A DNA stretch of 64,000 nucleotides from an uncultured Bacillus sp. Lineage in GTDB: Bacteria > Bacillota > Bacilli > Bacillales > Cytobacillaceae. Location of the stretch: contig CAZAEW010000002.1 of NCBI GenBank assembly GCA_964484065.1, positions 75,419 through 139,418 on the forward strand. The letters are read 5' to 3'. The notes beneath the pieces are model-generated. The model made no database searches and had not been told where the DNA came from. It saw only the letters and a list, made by a program, of their open reading frames with translations. Below, piece after piece: positions 59,089 to 64,000 of the stretch (within the stretch, counting starts at the first letter, position 1; every line of letters starts with the position of its first letter). A program made the position numbers and the translations under genes.

Positions 59089-59472
59089 TTAATTTTTCGC
59101 TTTTATTTTGCCTGTCCAGCCTTTAAATCCGCCTTTTAAATGGGTCAGATTGCGGTAACCTTTCCGGTAAAGGACTTGTGCGGCACGGCCGCTGCGCATC
59201 CCGCTTTGGCAATATAAATAAACAGGTAAATCAGAACGGATTTCTTTCGTTCGCATTTTTAACTGTGTAAGCGGAATATTTCGAGCCCCAAGAATATGGC
59301 CGGCATCAAATTCATTTGGTTCACGGACATCGATAAGCTGTGCTTTTCGGTAGCCTGCACGGAATTCTTCTTCTGTAACCGTTTTTACCACTTTACGCTG
59401 ATAAAGCCAGGTATAAACGTAATAAATACCGACTGCTAAGATAATGATTAGTAAGGAATAAAGTGAACTCAA
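59089..59472 (-). CDS. yqhL: rhodanese-domain membrane protein
   Basis: 127 aa with a TTG start. An N-terminal TM helix is followed by a rhodanese fold with active-site loop YLYCQSGMRSGRA. Confidence 0.8.
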   Translation of the reverse strand: MSSLYSLLIIILAVGIYYVYTWLYQRKVVKTVTEEEFRAGYRKAQLIDVREPNEFDAGHILGARNIPLTQLKMRTKEIRSDLPVYLYCQSGMRSGRAAQVLYRKGYRNLTHLKGGFKGWTGKIKAKN

Positions 59473-59671
59473 TTTTTAATGCTCCTTTCAAAGCTATGCT
59501 GCACCAAAATTTATTATATATACCCAGGTGTGAATGGTAAAGGTTAAGTATAAAAAATCTTTTTCTTTTCATCTAAATTATACCAAAAACAACTTACTTT
59601 GTTTTTTATTTTGATTTTGATAGACTAAATATCGCACCTGTTTTTTAATACATAAAGTTGAGGGTATGTGT

Positions 59672-60508
59672 ATGAAAAAAGAAGTATGGCGCTTTATTGA
59701 TTCCGGAAACTGCTCTCCAGACTTTAACATGGCATTGGATGAAGCCTTGCTTGATTGGCATAGCAGCGGGAAGTTCCCTCCAGTTGTCCGCTTCTATGGA
59801 TGGAATCCACCTACATTATCAATTGGATATTTTCAAAAGGCCGAAAAGGAAATCGATTTGGAAGCAGTAAAGCAGCATGGCCTTGGATTTGTGCGCAGGC
59901 CAACGGGAGGCAGGGGTGTTCTTCATGAGCATGAACTAACTTACAGCGTCATTGTCTCCGAAGATCATCCTAATATGCCGAAGACAGTCACGGAAGCCTA
60001 TCGTGTGATCTCGGAAGGAATTTTAAAAGGGTTTTGCCATCTGGGGCTTGATGCTTATTTTGCTGTTCCTAAAACTGCTGAAGAAAGAGAGGCATTAAAA
60101 ACTCCCCGTTCTGCAGTTTGTTTCGATGCTCCCAGCTGGTATGAACTTGTTGTCGAAGGACGCAAAGTAGCCGGAAGCGCGCAGACGAGGCAAAAAGGCG
60201 TGATCCTGCAGCATGGTTCGATTCTGCTGGATTTAGATGAAGATAAGCTCTTTAGTTTGTTTAAATATCCAAATGCACGTGTAAAAGAGCGGATGCAGAA
60301 GGCATTTAAAAGCAAAGCTGTTGCGATTAACGATATTAGTCCGAGAAGAGTATCGCTTGAAGAAGCAAAACAGGCTTTTTACAAGGGTTATGCGGAAGGA
60401 TTGAATATTGAACTTGAGCCATATCAGTTAACTGAAGAAGAACAAAAGTATGTTCAGAAAATTGCCGAAAATAGATATCAGAGTGATGAGTGGAATTTTA
60501 AACGATAG
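59672..60508 (+). CDS. lipM: octanoyltransferase LipM (octanoyl-ACP:GcvH)
   Basis: 278 aa from the ATG 7 nt after GAGGG. LplA/LipB-fold motifs [12 protein letters not shown] and [13 protein letters not shown]. Syntenic with B. subtilis yqhM. Confidence 0.85.
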   Translation: MKKEVWRFIDSGNCSPDFNMALDEALLDWHSSGKFPPVVRFYGWNPPTLSIGYFQKAEKEIDLEAVKQHGLGFVRRPTGGRGVLHEHELTYSVIVSEDHPNMPKTVTEAYRVISEGILKGFCHLGLDAYFAVPKTAEEREALKTPRSAVCFDAPSWYELVVEGRKVAGSAQTRQKGVILQHGSILLDLDEDKLFSLFKYPNARVKERMQKAFKSKAVAINDISPRRVSLEEAKQAFYKGYAEGLNIELEPYQLTEEEQKYVQKIAENRYQSDEWNFKR

Positions 60509-60515
60509 CAGAATC

Positions 60516-60540
60516 TGCGGCAAAGGCCGCTTTTTCTTTT
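60516..60540 (+). terminator. short GC hairpin terminator after lipM
   Basis: GCGGC-AAAG-GCCGC followed by TTTTTCTTTT. Confidence 0.5.
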
Positions 60541-60754
60541 GTCAAGCAATGTCACTTTTTGAATGTTTTTTGTCGAAAGCAAATGGAAGTGGCAGCAAGT
60601 CCGCAGTAGTGCGATTCTTGTCAGCAGAGAAAAAGTGCAAGCAGTAAATTTTGCTGAATTTGATGATTTAACCGCAAAAAACGGCCGGAATCTTATTTTT
60701 TCTTTAGAATCTTTTTTTTTTTACGTTTGACAAAATGTTTATTATTTGCTTCAA

Positions 60755-60803
60755 ATACAATATATTGTGGCATCGAAAATATTTTCGATACTATATATTG
60801 ATT
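60755..60803 (+). promoter_or_regulatory. pair of NrdR boxes upstream of nrdJ
   Basis: Two 10-bp cores, CAATATATTG (60758-60767) and CTATATATTG (60791-60800), both fit the NrdR core CwAtATaTwG exactly. Their centres are 33 bp apart. A TTGACA hexamer lies at 60727-60732. Confidence 0.7.
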
Positions 60804-60907
60804 TTTTAGGACGTGAGTGGTAACGTTAAGAATATCAAAGACAACTAGATCCGGCATGTCCTGAATCTAGTTTTAAGATATAGATTTTTTTTGAAGGAGT
60901 TGTTCCC

Positions 60908-63463
60908 ATGTCAGTTGTGTTTAGACCAAAACTGAATATTGATTTTGACAGATTAAACGAAGACATTCATTTGTTTCCTCAAGTGCACCCGATTACACCG
61001 GATATGAAGATTACTCATAAGGGTGTGTCAAGGCTGGTCATGTTGGACCGCTATACCTTTAAGGACACTGAGAAGATTACATTAACAGCTGGTGACTTCG
61101 TTGTTTTAACGATAAAAGAAGATCCAAAATTCCCTGCACGCGGCCTTGGTTTTATTACGGAGATTGACTGGGAAAAGAAAAGAGCAACGGTTGTGGTGGA
61201 AGAAGAGTTCAGGGGAGTGCTTGAGCCGGAAGAAGCAAGCACCGGATTGATTACCCGCTCTTTGGATGTGATTGAAAAGCCGCTGGAAGTTTTCTATGAA
61301 CAAATTGCTAAGCGGAATGCAACAGGGCTTGCGGCTGTGGAAGAAACAGAGGAAAAGCGCAAGGAATGGTTCGAAAAGTTCTATCAAGAGCTTGTCAGTA
61401 CGAATTTTATTCCTGCGGGACGTGTTCTTTACGGGGCTGGTTCGGAAACAGATGTTACGTACTTTAACTGTTATGTGATGCCGTTTGTAGCGGATTCCCG
61501 GGAAGGGATTTCTGACCATCGCAAGCAGGTGATGGAGATTATGAGCCGCGGCGGCGGGGTTGGAACAAACGGTTCTACATTGCGCCCTCGTAACACCCTG
61601 GCAAGAGGCGTTAACGGAAAATCATCCGGTTCGGTTTCATGGCTGGATGATATTGCGAAACTGACGCATTTAGTTGAGCAAGGCGGTTCGCGCAGGGGTG
61701 CACAGATGATCATGCTGGCGGATTGGCATCCTGATATTATTGAATTTATTATTTCTAAAATGCAAAATCCAAGAATATTACGGTTTTTAATTGAAAATAC
61801 AAAAGATGAAACGATCAAGAAACTTGCAAAAGATAAACTGAAATTCACACCGTTAACAGAACAGGAAAGAGCGATGTATGAAGGGATTGTCCGCTTCAAA
61901 AAGATTCCTGGTTTTGGCGGGTTTACAGAAGGCATTATTGCAGAAGCTGAAGAAAAGCTTGAAACGGGCGGTCATTTCTCCGTTCACAATCCTGAATTCC
62001 TGACTGGAGCAAACATTTCTGTCTGTCTTACAAAAGAATTCATGGAAGCTGTTGAAAAGGACAGTGAATATGAACTTCGTTTCCCTTATGTTGAACACTA
62101 TGACGAAGAGGAAATGAAGGTCTACAATGAGGAATGGCATCAATACGGTGATGTCCGCGAGTGGGAAAAACTTGGACACAAAATTCGCGTTTACAAAAAG
62201 ATTCGTGCGAAAGAGCTTTGGAACTTAATTAATATTTGTGCAACCTACTCAGCTGAACCTGGTATTTTCTTTATCGATAATGCTAACGATATGACAAACG
62301 CAAAAGCGTACGGACAAAGTGTCGTGGCAACAAACCCTTGTGGAGAGCAACCACTTGCACCATTTTCTGTCTGTAACCTTGCTGCTGTGAACCTTGCGGA
62401 AATGGCGGACAAGGAAACAAAAACAGTGAACTATGAAAAATTAGAGCAGACAGTAGCCATAGGTGTTCGCATGCAAGACAATGTCATCAATGCAACACCA
62501 TACTTCCTTGAACAAAACAAAAAGCAAGCATTGGGCGAGCGCCGTGTCGGCTTAGGAGTTATGGGTCTTCATGACTTGCTCATCTACTGCGAAACAGAGT
62601 ACGGTTCAGACGAAGGAAACAAACTGGTAGATAAAGTGTTTGAAACAATTGCTACAACAGCCTATCGAACATCTGTTGAATTGGCAAAAGAAAAGGGAAG
62701 CTTCCCATTCTTAACCGGAGAAACGCATGAAGAAACGAACCGGCTAAGAAATGCGTTTGTCAATACAGGATATATGAAAAAAATGCCTGAAGACATTCGC
62801 AGTTCCATTGTGGAACATGGAATTCGGAACTCCCATTTACTAACAGTTGCTCCGACAGGATCAACGGGTACAATGGTAGGGGTCTCTACAGGGTTGGAAC
62901 CATATTTTTCCTTTTCTTATTTCCGCAGCGGACGCCTCGGCAAATTTATCGAGGTGAATGCGGATATCGTTCAAGAATATCTTGAAATGAACCCGGAAGC
63001 TGACAAAGACAATCTGCCTAGCTGGTTTGTCACAGCCATGGAACTTGCACCTGAAGCCCATGCGGATGTACAATGCGTCATTCAGCGCTGGATCGACAGC
63101 TCCATCAGTAAAACGGTTAACGCGCCAAAAGGCTACAGCGTTGAGCAGGTAGAAAAAGTGTACGAGCGTCTCTACCGTGGCGGGGCAAAAGGCGGAACCG
63201 TTTATGTTGACGGCTCACGCGATTCACAGGTCCTTACCCTTAAAGCGGAAGAAAACAATCAGGAAGAAGTTAAAGCTGTTAAGGAAAAACCAAAGCAGCA
63301 TGTTGTTTTGGTTGATACCATCAGCGACCTTCGCTCCACTGACGTGACCATCGGATCAGAAGTTGGCAATACATGCCCTGTCTGCCGCAAAGGAAAAGTA
63401 AAAGAAATTGGCGGATGCAACACTTGTACAAACTGCGGCACCCAGCTAAAATGCGGGTTATAA
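60908..63463 (+). CDS. nrdJ: class II (adenosylcobalamin-dependent) ribonucleotide reductase
   Basis: 851 aa with RBS GAAGGAG. Catalytic motifs ATNPCGEQPL and TVAPTGSTG, and a C-terminal Cys-rich zinc finger CPVCRKGKVKEIGGCNTCTNCG typical of NrdJ. Confidence 0.9.
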   Translation: MSVVFRPKLNIDFDRLNEDIHLFPQVHPITPDMKITHKGVSRLVMLDRYTFKDTEKITLTAGDFVVLTIKEDPKFPARGLGFITEIDWEKKRATVVVEEEFRGVLEPEEASTGLITRSLDVIEKPLEVFYEQIAKRNATGLAAVEETEEKRKEWFEKFYQELVSTNFIPAGRVLYGAGSETDVTYFNCYVMPFVADSREGISDHRKQVMEIMSRGGGVGTNGSTLRPRNTLARGVNGKSSGSVSWLDDIAKLTHLVEQGGSRRGAQMIMLADWHPDIIEFIISKMQNPRILRFLIENTKDETIKKLAKDKLKFTPLTEQERAMYEGIVRFKKIPGFGGFTEGIIAEAEEKLETGGHFSVHNPEFLTGANISVCLTKEFMEAVEKDSEYELRFPYVEHYDEEEMKVYNEEWHQYGDVREWEKLGHKIRVYKKIRAKELWNLINICATYSAEPGIFFIDNANDMTNAKAYGQSVVATNPCGEQPLAPFSVCNLAAVNLAEMADKETKTVNYEKLEQTVAIGVRMQDNVINATPYFLEQNKKQALGERRVGLGVMGLHDLLIYCETEYGSDEGNKLVDKVFETIATTAYRTSVELAKEKGSFPFLTGETHEETNRLRNAFVNTGYMKKMPEDIRSSIVEHGIRNSHLLTVAPTGSTGTMVGVSTGLEPYFSFSYFRSGRLGKFIEVNADIVQEYLEMNPEADKDNLPSWFVTAMELAPEAHADVQCVIQRWIDSSISKTVNAPKGYSVEQVEKVYERLYRGGAKGGTVYVDGSRDSQVLTLKAEENNQEEVKAVKEKPKQHVVLVDTISDLRSTDVTIGSEVGNTCPVCRKGKVKEIGGCNTCTNCGTQLKCGL

Positions 63464-63475
63464 TATAAAATGATG

Positions 63476-63514
63476 GAAAGAGGATGGAAAAAACTGTTCC
63501 ACCCTCTTTCTTTT
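63476..63514 (+). terminator. intrinsic terminator of nrdJ
   Basis: 12-bp stem GAAAGAGGATGG / CCACCCTCTTTC (one mismatch), followed by T5. Confidence 0.65.
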
Positions 63515-63565
63515 TGCCTTTTTTCTTTTCGTTCATACTAAGAAAAAACGAAAAGAGGAAACCAA

Positions 63566-64000
63566 TTGGAACCGTTTATGCCGCAATTAGTTTATATCGA
63601 ACCTCAAGCCTTAGACTACCCCCTTGGCCGCGAGCTGAAAGAAAAATTTGAAAAACTCGGAATTGAAATCCGTGAAACCACTTCCCACAACCAAGTAAGG
63701 GGAATTCCTGGAGAAAATGAATTACAGCAATATCGCAATGCAAAATCAACACTCGTTATCGGTCTGCGCCGGACGTTAAAATTTGATACTTCCAAACCTT
63801 CTGCGGAGTATGCCATACCGCTCGCAACCGGCTGTATGGGCCATTGCCACTATTGCTATTTGCAAACAACACTTGGCAGTAAACCGTATATTCGTACATA
63901 CGTAAACCTTGACGAAATCTTTGCTCAGGCCCAAAAATATATCGATGAACGAAAACCGGAAATTACCCGCTTTGAAGCAGCCTGTACATCCGATATCGTG
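63566..64000 (+). CDS. splB: spore photoproduct lyase (radical SAM), 5' partial
   Basis: The frame stays open to the window end. (L)EPFMPQLVYIEPQALDYPLGRELKEKFEKLGIEIRETTSHNQVRGIP... is very similar to B. subtilis SplB, and the CxxxCxxC cluster CMGHCHYC is present. Start is TTG 63566 (RBS AAGAGGAA) or ATG 63578. Confidence 0.88.
   Translation, partial: MEPFMPQLVYIEPQALDYPLGRELKEKFEKLGIEIRETTSHNQVRGIPGENELQQYRNAKSTLVIGLRRTLKFDTSKPSAEYAIPLATGCMGHCHYCYLQTTLGSKPYIRTYVNLDEIFAQAQKYIDERKPEITRFEAACTSDIV

Noticed and set aside
60541-60907. A possible cobalamin riboswitch upstream of the B12-dependent nrdJ.
   Set aside because: No B12-box-like conserved core or multi-stem architecture is visible. The region is better explained by NrdR boxes and simple palindromes.

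Overview
AT-rich chromosomal segment from a Bacillus-type Firmicute. It is almost fully collinear with the B. subtilis 168 yqf-yqg-yqh region, in this order: glyQS, ccpN-yqfL, dnaG-sigA, cccA, trmK-yqfO, ispH, cshB, nfo, a znuC-znuB-zur zinc operon, ispG, sodA, two tandem class B PBP genes, the pstSCAB1B2-phoU phosphate operon, rpmG, gluP, yqgT/U/W/X/Y, the seven-gene comG competence pseudopilus operon, yqhG/yqhH, a tandem glycine riboswitch with gcvT-gcvPA-gcvPB, lipM, a class II (B12-dependent) ribonucleotide reductase, and the 5' part of splB. I saw no tRNA, rRNA, CRISPR array, transposase, integrase or prophage genes, and I cannot honestly point to a convincing new multi-gene system. Most of the window is core housekeeping DNA.

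The points most worth a second look:
1. A structured intergenic repeat of about 117-120 nt is present as three full copies plus one truncated inverted copy. Inverted copies bracket the zinc operon, and the other copies also lie where this window differs from B. subtilis 168.
2. A recent tandem duplication of a PBP2a/PbpH-type transpeptidase; both copies have TTG starts.
3. The nrdJ leader carries two perfect-core NrdR boxes, an unexplained perfect 18-bp palindrome between them, and a T11 tract.
4. A four-gene block of unknown function between phoU and rpmG has tandem TTTGTCGAA (Spo0A-box-like) motifs in its divergent promoter region.
5. Three departures from B. subtilis 168 gene order, recalled from memory, each add a low-oxygen function (fnr, ldh, nrdJ).

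Two real small genes fall below the ORF-track cutoff: rpmG and a yqgW-like gene. Several ORF-track starts are in-frame upstream over-extensions and were trimmed using RBS position and homolog N-termini. All family assignments come from motif recognition and synteny by eye, with no database search.
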